Below, in pieces: positions 1 through 10,993 of a stretch of 64,000 bases of DNA. The DNA lies in the NCBI GenBank assembly GCA_017960645.1, contig JAGCYU010000004.1, positions 7,152 through 71,151 on the forward strand. Direction: 5' to 3'. Below the pieces are notes generated by a model that had not been told where the DNA came from, did not search any database, and saw only the letters and a list, made by a program, of their open reading frames with translations. Position 1 is the stretch's first letter. Each line of letters begins with the position of its first letter. Origin of the DNA: Alphaproteobacteria bacterium (lineage in GTDB: Bacteria; Pseudomonadota; Alphaproteobacteria; CAAHEQ01; UBA3637). The position numbers and the translations under genes are program-made.

Positions 1-368
1 TTAAGGGTGCAACAGCTGATCAACAAGATCAAATTCAAAATCAAGCCGTTTTAATTCAAACACTGGCGCGTGTGGAAAGTTTTGAGTTTGCGAATGAACC
101 TATAACAGGGGTGATTTCAGAGGTTTTTGATGGAATGACTTTGCAGATTCCGTTGCTGGGAGTGATTGATGTGGAAGCAGAGAAAGCGCGTTTGATTAAA
201 GAAATTGAAAATCAATCTGCTTTTGTTGAAAGGACAAAAATACAATTGGAGAATCAAGCTTTCATTGCAAAAGCGCCAGAGAAAATTGTATCCGCCAAAC
301 GTCTTTCTATGGAGGAAGCGGCAAAATCTGTGGAAAAAATGCGCGATGTGTTAGCACATTTAAGCTAA
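1..368 (+). CDS. valS: valyl-tRNA synthetase, C-terminal coiled-coil domain (5' end lies outside the window)
   Basis: The frame is open from position 3. The translation ends ...EKARLIKEIENQSAFVERTKIQLENQAFIAKAPEKIVSAKR..., which is typical of the ValRS C-terminal coiled-coil. Confidence 0.75.
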   Translation, partial: KGATADQQDQIQNQAVLIQTLARVESFEFANEPITGVISEVFDGMTLQIPLLGVIDVEAEKARLIKEIENQSAFVERTKIQLENQAFIAKAPEKIVSAKRLSMEEAAKSVEKMRDVLAHLS

Positions 369-382
369 AAATGGTAACATTT

Positions 383-408
383 ATCCCCCTTTATTAGGGG
401 GATTTTTA
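383..408. terminator. bidirectional Rho-independent terminator between convergent valS and mutL
   Basis: Inverted repeat ATCCCCCT / AGGGGGAT with a 5-nt loop, followed by a T-run and overlapping the mutL stop. Confidence 0.6.
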
Positions 409-2184
409 TCTGTTAAATAGCTTTTCAATATCTTTGAGTTGTAATTCAATATAGGTTGGGCGGCCATGGATACATTGACCTGAGGTCCCGCAGGCTTCCA
501 TTTGTCGGAGCAGGGCATTCATTTCATCAATAGACAATACTCGGCCAGCACGTACCGAGCCATGACAGGCAATGCGTGCACAAATGTCTTTCATTTTGTC
601 TTTTAATAGAATGGTATCGTCAAAAGTTTTTAAAGTATCTACTAAGTCTTGAATTGTTTTTTTGATATCTGTTTTATCTAGTAGTGCGGGGATTTCACGA
701 ACAGCAATACTGTCTGTGCCAAATGCATCTAAAACCCATCCCATATCTTTTAATTCTTGGGCTCGCGTATTGAGTAGAGCCACTTCTTCTAGTTTCAGAT
801 CAACAATTTCTGGCATGAGTAACAGCTGAGTTTGCGGATGCTCTCCTATTTGTGCCATCATTTTTTCATAGGTCAAACGTTCATGAGCGGCATGTTGATC
901 AACAATCACAATACCATCTTGGGTTTGAGATACGATATACGTTTTGTGTATTTGTGCTTTAGCAAAACCTAGAGGAGGAAAGTCATCAGAAACAGGCGTT
1001 TCCTTAATTGCTGGGGCTATTTTCGTATTCTCATAAGCCTTGACTTGATATGAATCATTCATTTGTAGAGTGTGTTGCACAGGGGCTGAGTAATAAGATG
1101 GATTTTTGCTTGTTGTCGTTGGGCGATAAGGAGCTTTCTGTAATTGGGGTGTAGTGTCTAAAGCGCCAATATTTAAGGTTGTTGCTGTTTTATTGCCATG
1201 TTCGGCAAGGGTGTTGCGCAAGCTGGCTACCAACATACCACGAATACGTGCGCTGTCTGCAAAGCGGACTTCTGTTTTAGCAGGCGATACATTCACATCA
1301 ACACTATGTTTTGGAACAGATAAGAATAATGCCAACACGGGATGGCCGTCGCTGCCATGCCCCATTAAGCCTTGATAAGCTCCTCGAATTGCACCTAATA
1401 AGATTTTATCCTTGACGGATCGGCCGTTGACAAAAAGATATTGTTCTGTACTTGTGGGACGTGTATAGGTTGGAAGGCCTATAAAACCAGATAGTTCCAA
1501 GTCTTCATACTGTGTTTGAACGGACAAAGCATTGTCCTTAAATTCATGTCCAATCACCATTGCTACACGATCAAATAAATTGTTCGTTGCTGGATAAAAA
1601 GCTAACTTGCGATTTTCATTGTTTAGCGTAAAGGTAATTTCTGGATGGCTCATCGCTAATCTATCTAAAACCTCACGAATAGCACTTTGTTCACTTTGTT
1701 CGGATTTTAAAAATTTTAACCGAGCAGGGGTTGCATAAAATAAGTCACGTACCTCAATCGTTGTTCCAATTTTGCAAGGAACAGGCGTTGGCGATTGTGC
1801 TTTGCCTCCTTCTACAAGTAATTGCCAACCAGAATCCATATCTGCTTTACGTGAAATTAACTTCATCTTGGCGACAGATGCAATAGAAGGTAAAGCTTCG
1901 CCACGGAAGCCTACAAAATTGATATCCAACAGGTCATCCGAAGGGAGTTTGCTGGTTGCATGGCGCTGAATAGCTAGTTCTAATTCGTCGCGTGTCATGC
2001 CATATCCATTATCTGTTACAGCAAAATATGATTTTCCCCCCTTATCAATGGTAACATCAATTTTATCGGCACCTGCATCAATGGCATTTTCCACCAATTC
2101 TTTAATTGCAGAGGCAGGACGTTCTACAACTTCACCAGCTGCAATTTGATTGATTAGATTAGGTGGTAGTACACGAATTGTCAT
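406..2184 (-). CDS. mutL: DNA mismatch repair protein MutL
   Basis: 592 aa. The N-terminus carries the GHKL ATPase motifs (ELVENAIDAGA, DNGYGM), and the C-terminal endonuclease domain is present. Confidence 0.93.
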   Translation of the reverse strand: MTIRVLPPNLINQIAAGEVVERPASAIKELVENAIDAGADKIDVTIDKGGKSYFAVTDNGYGMTRDELELAIQRHATSKLPSDDLLDINFVGFRGEALPSIASVAKMKLISRKADMDSGWQLLVEGGKAQSPTPVPCKIGTTIEVRDLFYATPARLKFLKSEQSEQSAIREVLDRLAMSHPEITFTLNNENRKLAFYPATNNLFDRVAMVIGHEFKDNALSVQTQYEDLELSGFIGLPTYTRPTSTEQYLFVNGRSVKDKILLGAIRGAYQGLMGHGSDGHPVLALFLSVPKHSVDVNVSPAKTEVRFADSARIRGMLVASLRNTLAEHGNKTATTLNIGALDTTPQLQKAPYRPTTTSKNPSYYSAPVQHTLQMNDSYQVKAYENTKIAPAIKETPVSDDFPPLGFAKAQIHKTYIVSQTQDGIVIVDQHAAHERLTYEKMMAQIGEHPQTQLLLMPEIVDLKLEEVALLNTRAQELKDMGWVLDAFGTDSIAVREIPALLDKTDIKKTIQDLVDTLKTFDDTILLKDKMKDICARIACHGSVRAGRVLSIDEMNALLRQMEACGTSGQCIHGRPTYIELQLKDIEKLFNR

Positions 2185-2190
2185 GATATA

Positions 2191-3789
2191 TTAAGCCCTT
2201 TCTTGGCGGATTTTTGCTATTAAAGCATTGGTTGAACTATCATGGTTAAGTTGTTGATTTTTATTTTGTAATTCTGGTAAAACTTTTTTAGCCAACTGTT
2301 TTCCCAGTTCAACGCCGAATTGATCAAAAGAATTGATATTCCATAGCACTCCTTGGACAAAAACTTTATGCTCGTACATAGCAATCAATGCCCCAAAGGT
2401 CTTGGGCGTAATTTTGTTAATCAATAAGACATTGCTTGGCCGATTTCCCGTAAATGTCTTATATGGGATTAAGTCTTCATCCACGCCTTCTTCGCGCAAT
2501 TCTTCAGGTGTTTTTCCCTGCATTAAAGCTTCCGCTTGTGCCACAACATTAGATAATAAGATATCATGGTGAGCTCCTGTTTCATTTAAAGAGTGAATAG
2601 GGGCAATAAAGTCCACAGGAATCAAGTGTGTGCCTTGGTGAATCAGCTGATAAAACGAATGTTGCCCATTTGTTCCTGGTTCTCCAAACAAAATAGGACC
2701 AGTTGGGTAAGAAACAGGCTGACCATTCTTATCAACACCTTTGCCATTGGATTCCATATCCAGTTGTTGTAAATAGGCTGGCAGGCGGTGTAAATATTGA
2801 TCATAAGGCAATACCGCATAACTTTCTGCGCCTAAATAATTTACATACCACGCTCCTAATACCCCCAAAACAACAGGTAAATTTTGTTCAAAAGGAGTGC
2901 TTTTAAAGTGCATATCCATTTCATAGGCGCCTTCCAGCATTTGGATAAAGTTATCATATCCAATGCCAATCATTAAACTGAGGCCAATGGCAGACCACAT
3001 CGAATAGCGTCCACCGACCCAGTTCCAAAAAACAAACATATTATCCGGATTGATACCAAATTGCTTCACTGCTTCTGTGTTGGTAGAGACGGCAACAAAA
3101 TGTTTGGCAACAGCGTGATCTCCAAGGGCTTTGACTAACCAATCACGAGCCGTATTGGCATTTGTCATGGTTTCTTGAGTTGTAAAGGTTTTACTGGATA
3201 CAATAAATAAAGTGTTTTCTGGTTCGCATACATGCAAAGTTTCTGAAATATCTGTTCCATCAACATTGCTGACAAAATGAAAGTTGATGTCTTTTGTATG
3301 GTAGAATGCCAAGGCATCTGAGGCCATACTTGGACCTAAATCTGATCCTCCAATCCCGATGTTGACTACATCCTTAATCTTCTTTCCTGTAGCTCCCGAC
3401 CAAGTTCCACTGCGTACTGCATCAGAAAAAATATGCATTTTTTCCAGAACTTGATGAACATCTGGCATGATGTTTCGTTCATCAACAAAAATAGGCTCAT
3501 TTGATCGGTTGCGCAAAGCTGTATGCAAAACAGCTCGATTTTCCGTTGTATTGATTTTTTCACCATTGAACATAGCTTGGATGGCTTTGTCAAGTCCAGA
3601 TTCTTTGGCCCATTGGAACAAAAGGTCCATTGTTTCTTGATCAATCAAATTCTTTGAATAATCCAATAAAAAATCATTAAAGGAAATATGAAATTTATCA
3701 AAGCGTTTGGGATCTTTGTCAAAAGCTTGACGTAAATTAAAACCTTTTATTTTTTTTGCTTTTTGTTGTAACTCAGGAATTATATTCAT
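2191..3789 (-). CDS. pgi: glucose-6-phosphate isomerase
   Basis: 532 aa with a Pgi-family sequence throughout ([11 protein letters not shown], conserved C-terminus). Confidence 0.93.
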   Translation of the reverse strand: MNIIPELQQKAKKIKGFNLRQAFDKDPKRFDKFHISFNDFLLDYSKNLIDQETMDLLFQWAKESGLDKAIQAMFNGEKINTTENRAVLHTALRNRSNEPIFVDERNIMPDVHQVLEKMHIFSDAVRSGTWSGATGKKIKDVVNIGIGGSDLGPSMASDALAFYHTKDINFHFVSNVDGTDISETLHVCEPENTLFIVSSKTFTTQETMTNANTARDWLVKALGDHAVAKHFVAVSTNTEAVKQFGINPDNMFVFWNWVGGRYSMWSAIGLSLMIGIGYDNFIQMLEGAYEMDMHFKSTPFEQNLPVVLGVLGAWYVNYLGAESYAVLPYDQYLHRLPAYLQQLDMESNGKGVDKNGQPVSYPTGPILFGEPGTNGQHSFYQLIHQGTHLIPVDFIAPIHSLNETGAHHDILLSNVVAQAEALMQGKTPEELREEGVDEDLIPYKTFTGNRPSNVLLINKITPKTFGALIAMYEHKVFVQGVLWNINSFDQFGVELGKQLAKKVLPELQNKNQQLNHDSSTNALIAKIRQERA

Positions 3790-3935
3790 TTTGTTTCTCC
3801 TTGAGGAATCTTATTGAATTCTGGTGGAATGATAATAGATTGTCCGTTAACAATTTGTGTATCATCCAACGGAGGTTTTTTAGGGCTGCAAGCTGCAGTA
3901 CATGCTAATAAAAATAAACATAATAATATTTTCAT
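3786..3935 (-). CDS. small lipoprotein (49 aa from the internal Met)
   Basis: The [17 protein letters not shown] signal has a lipobox. Its ATG overlaps the lspA stop (ATGA) and its stop overlaps the pgi start. Confidence 0.45.
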   Translation of the reverse strand: MKILLCLFLLACTAACSPKKPPLDDTQIVNGQSIIIPPEFNKIPQGETK

Positions 3936-4378
3936 TTTTTTCTCCTTAGAATTTGTAATAGAATTAATCCTGCTCCTATACAAATGGCACTATCTGCTAT
4001 ATTGAAAGCCGGAAAATGATATTTTTGCCAATAAAAATCCAAAAAATCAATGACTGCACCATAACGCAGTCGATCAAAAACATTTCCCAATGCACCACCT
4101 AATATCATGGCCAGAGCTATTCGTACCAAATGGTCTCTTTCTTGACGTATCATATAAATGATGCCTAAGCAAATAGCAAGAGCCAATCCAATCAATAGCA
4201 TAATACCTAATTCAGAATGGGCTGTGAGCATAGAAAAGCTGACTCCGGAATTATAAGTTAAGTAAAAATTAAAAATAGGCAAAACCTTTATAGGTTCATG
4301 AGCAACCAAATATGTAGTTGCTATCCACTTGGATATAAAATCTAATACAAAAATGAATAGAGAAATCAGATATATCAT
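3932..4378 (-). CDS. lspA: lipoprotein signal peptidase II
   Basis: The LspA membrane topology and the conserved FNIADSAICIG and DFL motifs are present. The likely start is M10 of the tracked ORF, where TAATG overlaps the upstream gene's stop. Confidence 0.85.
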   Translation of the reverse strand: MIYLISLFIFVLDFISKWIATTYLVAHEPIKVLPIFNFYLTYNSGVSFSMLTAHSELGIMLLIGLALAICLGIIYMIRQERDHLVRIALAMILGGALGNVFDRLRYGAVIDFLDFYWQKYHFPAFNIADSAICIGAGLILLQILRRKK

Positions 4379-5106
4379 TAGTAGTCCAGACGAATCCCCT
4401 CCCAATCTGTATGCCCAACATCCGGCACAACTTTAACGACAGCAGATTTAGGATTGTGCATTTTTGATACAAAACGTTCCACCAATCGTCTTGGCGTTAT
4501 TTTATCATCGGATCCAACATAATGTATTTGTGGAATAGTAGAGAGCGTTGCTAAATTATCAGCAGGATTGGTTGCATTGAAAGGAATCAAAATGTCATTA
4601 TAATTGGCATAAGCGCGCGTGTCGGTAATCCCTGCAATGGTAATAACACGAGATACAGGTAGCTTTGAGGCCAATTCCAAAGCAACAACTGCTCCACCAT
4701 CATAACCAATCAGTTCAATAGATGGGGCACGGTATTTGCGTATCAAATATTCTGTTAATTCTTGCATTTCTTGCATGATGTCAGAATCAAATCTGTCTTT
4801 GGCGTAAATATTTGGTTTTGAAGTACAAATTCTGTCTTCGCTCCATTGACATGGTCTGGAGGCATATATGACATTAGGTGTGTCGTCTATTGAAGCAAAA
4901 TATTTGGCCACTTGATAACGCGGGTTGGGATTTCCATCACCTTCTATATATAAACGAAAAGGTTGATCAGGTTGAATGGTGTCCTTTACCCAAACAGCTA
5001 ATGAAAAATGCTCGTTTTGTATTTGGCGTTCCTCAAAACCTTCCGGATTTGGTTTTACAACACAACCTGTTAATAAAAACACCAGCGCAATCAGCATTTT
5101 TTTCAT
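4378..5106 (-). CDS. lipoprotein, putative alpha/beta-fold hydrolase
   Basis: MKKMLIALVFLLTGC signal with lipobox. The start shows an ATGA overlap with the addA stop. Confidence 0.55.
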   Translation of the reverse strand: MKKMLIALVFLLTGCVVKPNPEGFEERQIQNEHFSLAVWVKDTIQPDQPFRLYIEGDGNPNPRYQVAKYFASIDDTPNVIYASRPCQWSEDRICTSKPNIYAKDRFDSDIMQEMQELTEYLIRKYRAPSIELIGYDGGAVVALELASKLPVSRVITIAGITDTRAYANYNDILIPFNATNPADNLATLSTIPQIHYVGSDDKITPRRLVERFVSKMHNPKSAVVKVVPDVGHTDWEGIRLDY

Positions 5107-8100
5107 ATAATTTCCTCCATTTGCATTGTTTGAATCCATAGTAAGTAACTCTTGACCATCTTATCAGGAAAAATTTGTTTTAGCAAGCCTTTATACGCAT
5201 TCAATTGCATTTTATAGGCTGCGGGTATTTCTGAAGGGACGTATCTGTTTGTTTTAAAATCAATAATTAAAACTTCCCTTTCTTTTATAATCAGGCGGTC
5301 AATTTGTCCAGAAATGGGCATGTTGTTCCATTTACCAATGACGGGAACCTCTGCCAATGAATCAGGTCCAAATAATTCTTGGAATTGCGGATTGTGAAAA
5401 ATATCCAACAGATTTGAGGGAAGTTCTATATCTGGTGGCGTCATAAGTTGCAAAATTTCTGACCATTTTTGTGGAGGAATGGTAGGAAGTAGCTGTAATA
5501 ATTGGTGAATAAATGTTCCGCGCTTTAATGCTAACAATCTGTCGGTATCCATAGGCGATGCATTCATGTCATCTATATCTTCTGTTGCAAGTTTGCTTGG
5601 AGATATTGGTGTAGGGACAGTATGTTCTGGAGAAGCTGGCTTATTGACCCAATCTGGTAGTTCATCAAAATCAAATATTTTTTGTTTTTGCACTTTTCTT
5701 TTGGGATCTTTACTTTGTTGTGATGCCCACCTTAAAATAGGTTCTTTGGTTCTACCTGTGACTCCTAGGGCTTGGACAATTAAATCATACCAGTTATTTT
5801 GCATAGCTGGTTTTCGTGGATTATAGCCAGCAATATATAATCTGTCTGAAGCACGAGTTAAGGCCACATATAATAACCGTCTTTTTTCTTGGGCTAATAA
5901 CTCTTGCTGTTTTTGATTTAAATTTTGTGTTTCCGTAACGTGCATTGAAGTACTAGGGACTAACACAGGCAATCCATTTTCTGTCCATATAATGTTTCCC
6001 CCGTGTGACGATTTACTTTCCACACCGCGTGTATCTGGTAAAAAGACGATATTTCCTTGCAATCCTTTACTTCCATGCACAGTCATAATACGTACAGCAT
6101 TTGTGGTGTTTTCCTCTAAATCACGTTTAATTTCTATTTCTTGGTTGTATAACCAATTTAAAAAGCCATATAAAGAAGGGGCCTCTGTTTCTTCAAATTT
6201 AAGGGCTAAATTTAAAAATTCATCTAATGCTTCATTGACTTCTAAGCCCAAACGAGCGATGAAATTTTTTCGTCCGTGAAAAGCCCCTAGAACCGTTGAG
6301 TAAAATTCAAATGGGGGTACCGTATCTGCCAAGTTCATGATTCGCTTTAAAGTATTGGCTGGTTCAGGGAAAAGAGTTTGTACCTGTTGCCATACAGAAG
6401 ATGGACGATTGATACAGGCTTGATATACTTGATCTTCTGTGAATCCAATCAGCGGACTTTTTAATACACAGGCTAAATTCAAATCATTATTTGGTTGTAA
6501 AACAAATTCTGTAAGTGCCATTAAATCTTGAACAGCAATGTAATCTGTAAGATTCATACGATCCACGCCGGCCACAGGAATATGGCGTTTTTGTAAGGCT
6601 TTGACGAAGGGAATCATCATTGGTTGGCGTTTTTGTAGCAAAATTAAAATATCACCCGCTTGAATGGGACGTCCCTGGGATTCCAAGGTGTCGTGCCCAA
6701 TCATACTGGCAATTTTATCCGCAATTTTATCAATTAGTCGTTGCATGGCAGAAGCATTTTCTACACGCTCAACAGGCGGTTTCCAAGGGGGGAGGGTGTC
6801 TTGTGCTTTTGGTTCTTCCAGTGGCCAGATTTCGACCAATCCACCATCTTGAACGCGGTTAACCAGATGGACAGCCTGTTCTTGATTAAATAACACGCCA
6901 TCTTTGGCATTTTGAGATTGCAAAACCGTATTAACAAGTCTTAAAACAGGTTCTGTTGATCGGAAAGAATAATTCAATGGTATGTCCATAAAGGTGTTTT
7001 GAGATTGAACAATTCTTTCTGCAAAATGCTTTTTCATTCTTTCAAACTCAAAAGGATCTGCACCTTGAAAGCTATAGATGGATTGTTTTTTATCGCCGAC
7101 AACAAATAATGTGCGTAACACTTCGGATTTGCCTTCACCAGAGAAGAACTCTTCTGCCAACATTCGGATAATGGCCCATTGATCGGGACTGGTATCTTGT
7201 GCTTCGTCAACTAAAATATGATTTAATCCACCATCTAGTTTAAATAGCACCCATGCGGCCATATCTGAACGTGTTAATAGTTTTTTTGTCTTATCAATCA
7301 AGTCATTATAATCTAAAAAAGCTTGATGTTGCTTGTATATGTCATATTGTTCCAAAACACGATAGGCAATCCTTAAAAATGCACGAGTTAATTGTACAAG
7401 CTCCCATTTTTTCACGTTTTCGTATGTTATATAGGCAGATTCTGCAAGTTCTGGATGTTTTGTTCTTGCAGGAACACTTCCATCTTTATTTAAATAGGTT
7501 TTACAATATTCATTCCATTCTTCATGTTGACAACAAGTTTGGATAATTTCATCTTTCGTTTGCCATTGTTCAATATGCAAATATTGTTTGATAGCAAAAA
7601 TCACACTTTCAATACTGCCTGGATATTTGGATAATAATTGGCTGAGGCGGGAACGTTCAGATAATAAGTTTTTGAACAAAGGAATTAAATTTGTCATAGA
7701 AACGTAGTCGGATAATAATTGAACTTCCGATACTAAACTTTTATCAGCTAAGGTTTTATTTAATATATCCGTTAATATTTCGTTTGTTTTTAAATCATCT
7801 AAAATTTTAAAATGAGGTGGAACGTCTGCTTCCAACGGGAATTGCTTTAGTAATGATTGGCAAAAACTGTGTATGGTCATAATTTTCATCCCGCCGGGAA
7901 TTTGTAAAATCTGGCTGAATAAAGATTTTGCTCGAGTGATTTGGTCTGAATCAGGTGTTTCCTGTGTTAATTCCTGTAAATCTTTGGAAAGGGTTGCTTC
8001 ATCCATAATTGCCCAAGTTTTGAGCTTGTCCGTTAATCGATTACTCATTTCAGCAGCAGCCGCTTTTGTAAAAGTAATGCATAATATTTTATCTGGATTG

Positions 8101-8228
8101 CCATATTGTAAAAGCAATCGCAAGACGCGATCAATTAAAACCTTGGTTTTTCCAGTTCCAGCAGAAGCAGAAACCCAAACAGAATCAAAAGGATTGCTGG
8201 CTTGATTTTGTTCTAAATTGACAATCAT
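5103..8228 (-). CDS. addA: double-strand break repair helicase AddA (UvrD-like helicase plus C-terminal nuclease)
   Basis: Walker A motif GTGKT sits near the N-terminus and the protein is UvrD/AddA-like throughout. The start is placed at the internal Met, which has an AGGAGG RBS and an ATGA overlap with the addB stop. Confidence 0.9.
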   Translation of the reverse strand: MIVNLEQNQASNPFDSVWVSASAGTGKTKVLIDRVLRLLLQYGNPDKILCITFTKAAAAEMSNRLTDKLKTWAIMDEATLSKDLQELTQETPDSDQITRAKSLFSQILQIPGGMKIMTIHSFCQSLLKQFPLEADVPPHFKILDDLKTNEILTDILNKTLADKSLVSEVQLLSDYVSMTNLIPLFKNLLSERSRLSQLLSKYPGSIESVIFAIKQYLHIEQWQTKDEIIQTCCQHEEWNEYCKTYLNKDGSVPARTKHPELAESAYITYENVKKWELVQLTRAFLRIAYRVLEQYDIYKQHQAFLDYNDLIDKTKKLLTRSDMAAWVLFKLDGGLNHILVDEAQDTSPDQWAIIRMLAEEFFSGEGKSEVLRTLFVVGDKKQSIYSFQGADPFEFERMKKHFAERIVQSQNTFMDIPLNYSFRSTEPVLRLVNTVLQSQNAKDGVLFNQEQAVHLVNRVQDGGLVEIWPLEEPKAQDTLPPWKPPVERVENASAMQRLIDKIADKIASMIGHDTLESQGRPIQAGDILILLQKRQPMMIPFVKALQKRHIPVAGVDRMNLTDYIAVQDLMALTEFVLQPNNDLNLACVLKSPLIGFTEDQVYQACINRPSSVWQQVQTLFPEPANTLKRIMNLADTVPPFEFYSTVLGAFHGRKNFIARLGLEVNEALDEFLNLALKFEETEAPSLYGFLNWLYNQEIEIKRDLEENTTNAVRIMTVHGSKGLQGNIVFLPDTRGVESKSSHGGNIIWTENGLPVLVPSTSMHVTETQNLNQKQQELLAQEKRRLLYVALTRASDRLYIAGYNPRKPAMQNNWYDLIVQALGVTGRTKEPILRWASQQSKDPKRKVQKQKIFDFDELPDWVNKPASPEHTVPTPISPSKLATEDIDDMNASPMDTDRLLALKRGTFIHQLLQLLPTIPPQKWSEILQLMTPPDIELPSNLLDIFHNPQFQELFGPDSLAEVPVIGKWNNMPISGQIDRLIIKEREVLIIDFKTNRYVPSEIPAAYKMQLNAYKGLLKQIFPDKMVKSYLLWIQTMQMEEII

Positions 8229-10978
8229 GCTTCCTCCTGAAAATTGGTGTTCCATTCTTGGGAACGGGCTAAATGTTCATAATCATCGTATTCTGGTGCT
8301 TGGGAAGGAATAGGACATACCTCATAGGATGTTTGAGAATTGTTAAAAGTATGGATGAGTTCAATAAGTCCGATTCTAGCTTCTTCAATAATCTTTTTCA
8401 ATTGATCTGTTGTTTTTTGAATTGAGACAACTTTGCCGCCATCCTCTTTTCCGCTCAGCGCCCAATAGGCAAGGTCGGATATAGGATGTGGGCCTGTTTT
8501 AAAGGCATCTTGTTGTGCCAACAATGCTTCCAAAGGTAATTGAGGGGCATAACCGGCCATGACTTCTTTAACACTTGGCATGGCAGATTGGGTTTTAAAA
8601 TCAATAATGCCAGTTGAACCGTCTTTGTACAGCTGGATACAATCGGCTGTGCCAGATAAGGTAAATAGCTTGTCATCGACGGTGAGTTGAATTTCTGAAT
8701 TGATTTCGGATAAGACTTTATCAATCAAAGGAACAATTTTTTGTTGTGTTTGAATGATGAAGTTGGCCATTTTTTCAAATTTTGGCCACAGGAAAACCTT
8801 ATCGCCTTCTAATAAATCAGCTTCGGCAAATTGTTGTTTCCCTATGAGTAACAAGTCTTGAATATTGGTGCTTTTGGGGTGATTTTTGAAAAAAAGTTCT
8901 AAAATTTTATGTACCAAAGAGCCAAAAACGGCAGCTTTAACAGAATGTTCCAATGGGGTTAAGGGAATAAGCTTTAAAATATACCTTGCATATATGGCAT
9001 AGGGATTTCGACGCCATAATTCAATGCGGGTGACGGATAAACCTTGGGGACGAACCTCCAAAGGCGGTGTTGGAGCAGGACGTTCTATGGTCTTAAATTG
9101 AGATGGCATGTTAACCAATGTTGCCAAATGAGCTTGATGTTCCACAAACGGGATATTGTTAATTTCGGCTACAGCTTTTAATCTTTCTATAAATCGAGAT
9201 GGAATAGAGGGGGTGCCATTTACTTTTTGAGCGCGTGTTAAATATACTTCTGAAGCACATAGACAATGTAAAAAGTCCAGCGCTAATTCATCTATTTTTT
9301 GTTCCGGCAGGGGGATGCCCAATTGTTTTCTCATGCTGCAATTCAGCCATGGTCCTGCCTCAGGTATTGGAGGAAAGGTGCCTTCATTTAAACCGCCTAT
9401 AATACATACATCCGGGTGGTATAATCTGGCCTCAATAGGGCCCAATATGTCCAATCTTTGTGTCATCCCGTATTTTGGTCGAACATTTGTTTGTTGCATA
9501 AATGTATTAAGTAATTGAGGGTAAGTGGTGGGTTCAATTTCGCCGATTATTTCTGCATAAGTTGACAATTCCGTGAATAAATCAAGGGCTGTTTGACCAA
9601 TATCTGTTCCCCATAAACGTTCTTTTCCGCTTCGATCATGACTGGTTGCTAAGCTTTCTGCGGCTTTTAAATGTTCTGTTAAAAAGGTTTTGAATGGGAC
9701 AAGAGTATTGTTTTCAAACAAAGATAAAAATGGAGTCAAATCTGTTTTTAGGTCAAAGCTCCACTTGCTTTTCTTTTTTCGAGCTTCATATTCTGCTTGT
9801 TTGACTTTTTGTCTAAAAATGGTTGGGTTTTGACCATCTGCAGCAAGCGGCGAATAAAGTAATGCCACAGCATGAGGGCCATCGGGATGCAGGGCAAAAT
9901 CCGTTAATAATTGTAAAAAAATACCAACGGAAGTATGTACCAAAGGGGTTCCCGCTGAATCATCCAATAAAATATTCCAACGTTGCATTTGGGATATCAC
10001 TTGTCTGGATAAATTTCTGTCTGTTGTGACCAAAGCTGCTGTTTTATTTGGCGTTTCCAATACTTGGCGTAATAATAATGCAATGGTCAAAGCTTCATTT
10101 TGAGCGGTGTCTGCAACAATTAAATGCACGTGTTCCAAAGCGTCTGACTTAAAAATGTTTGGTTGCCAAGTAACGTGTGCTAAAGCTTGAACGGCTATTG
10201 TTTCTTGTTTTGTTTGATAGTCATTTAATAAAACAGGATTTGGTACTTTCAATTTTTCGCATAGTGTTCGTACGGATTGTCCCAAAGATAAAGGAGCGTT
10301 TTCTTGAACGAGTCCATCTAAAATAATCCAATTTTTTTTATCTTGGCTCGCAGTTATTAAAAGCTCTTGTAAAGCTGGAAATGCCCCGTCAAGGCCAGCT
10401 AAGACAACAGGGGATTGTATGTCGGACAGGCGCTTTGTAAAGGCACGAATTAAACGAACCTTGCGGTCCGCAGGGTCTATTTGATTCCTTTCGGCTAAAA
10501 TTTTTGGCCAATGTAAGTTGATAATATTCAAAAACTGAATTGTTTCTTGCCAATGGGCCGCAAAACGTTCAATAGGAACTAATTTTTCTAATTCTGCAAG
10601 TTGTAAATCAAATTGATAAGATAAGTCCAATAACTCTGTTAAACTTTCGGCTAATTGTACAGCTTTATCAAACGTCAAAATATTGGGTTTCGCTTGGCAT
10701 AGCTTGGCCAGTAATAAAATGCGCTCCATAGAATCTATCGCCGGAGGAATTTCCGGATTTAAAGCTTCCAGTTCGTATAAGGGAATGAGCTGAGGTAATA
10801 ATAAAGCTTCATCATGTTTTTGGGGCATAAAACTTTCTTTTATGATTTTTGCAGCCCGTTTTGTGGGAACCACAACTTGTACTTTTGCCAAGCCAAAAGG
10901 ATCTGCTTGATATTCCTTTAACAATCGCTTGGTTAAAGATTCTGCTAAATTATCACTAAAGGTTGTTTTAAAAATCAT
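8225..10978 (-). CDS. addB: double-strand break repair protein AddB (alphaproteobacterial type)
   Basis: 917 aa lying upstream of and coupled to addA. It has an inactivated-helicase-like N-terminus and a C-terminal PD-(D/E)xK-like region. Confidence 0.85.
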   Translation of the reverse strand: MIFKTTFSDNLAESLTKRLLKEYQADPFGLAKVQVVVPTKRAAKIIKESFMPQKHDEALLLPQLIPLYELEALNPEIPPAIDSMERILLLAKLCQAKPNILTFDKAVQLAESLTELLDLSYQFDLQLAELEKLVPIERFAAHWQETIQFLNIINLHWPKILAERNQIDPADRKVRLIRAFTKRLSDIQSPVVLAGLDGAFPALQELLITASQDKKNWIILDGLVQENAPLSLGQSVRTLCEKLKVPNPVLLNDYQTKQETIAVQALAHVTWQPNIFKSDALEHVHLIVADTAQNEALTIALLLRQVLETPNKTAALVTTDRNLSRQVISQMQRWNILLDDSAGTPLVHTSVGIFLQLLTDFALHPDGPHAVALLYSPLAADGQNPTIFRQKVKQAEYEARKKKSKWSFDLKTDLTPFLSLFENNTLVPFKTFLTEHLKAAESLATSHDRSGKERLWGTDIGQTALDLFTELSTYAEIIGEIEPTTYPQLLNTFMQQTNVRPKYGMTQRLDILGPIEARLYHPDVCIIGGLNEGTFPPIPEAGPWLNCSMRKQLGIPLPEQKIDELALDFLHCLCASEVYLTRAQKVNGTPSIPSRFIERLKAVAEINNIPFVEHQAHLATLVNMPSQFKTIERPAPTPPLEVRPQGLSVTRIELWRRNPYAIYARYILKLIPLTPLEHSVKAAVFGSLVHKILELFFKNHPKSTNIQDLLLIGKQQFAEADLLEGDKVFLWPKFEKMANFIIQTQQKIVPLIDKVLSEINSEIQLTVDDKLFTLSGTADCIQLYKDGSTGIIDFKTQSAMPSVKEVMAGYAPQLPLEALLAQQDAFKTGPHPISDLAYWALSGKEDGGKVVSIQKTTDQLKKIIEEARIGLIELIHTFNNSQTSYEVCPIPSQAPEYDDYEHLARSQEWNTNFQEEA

Positions 10979-10993
10979 AACGTACTCATTATA

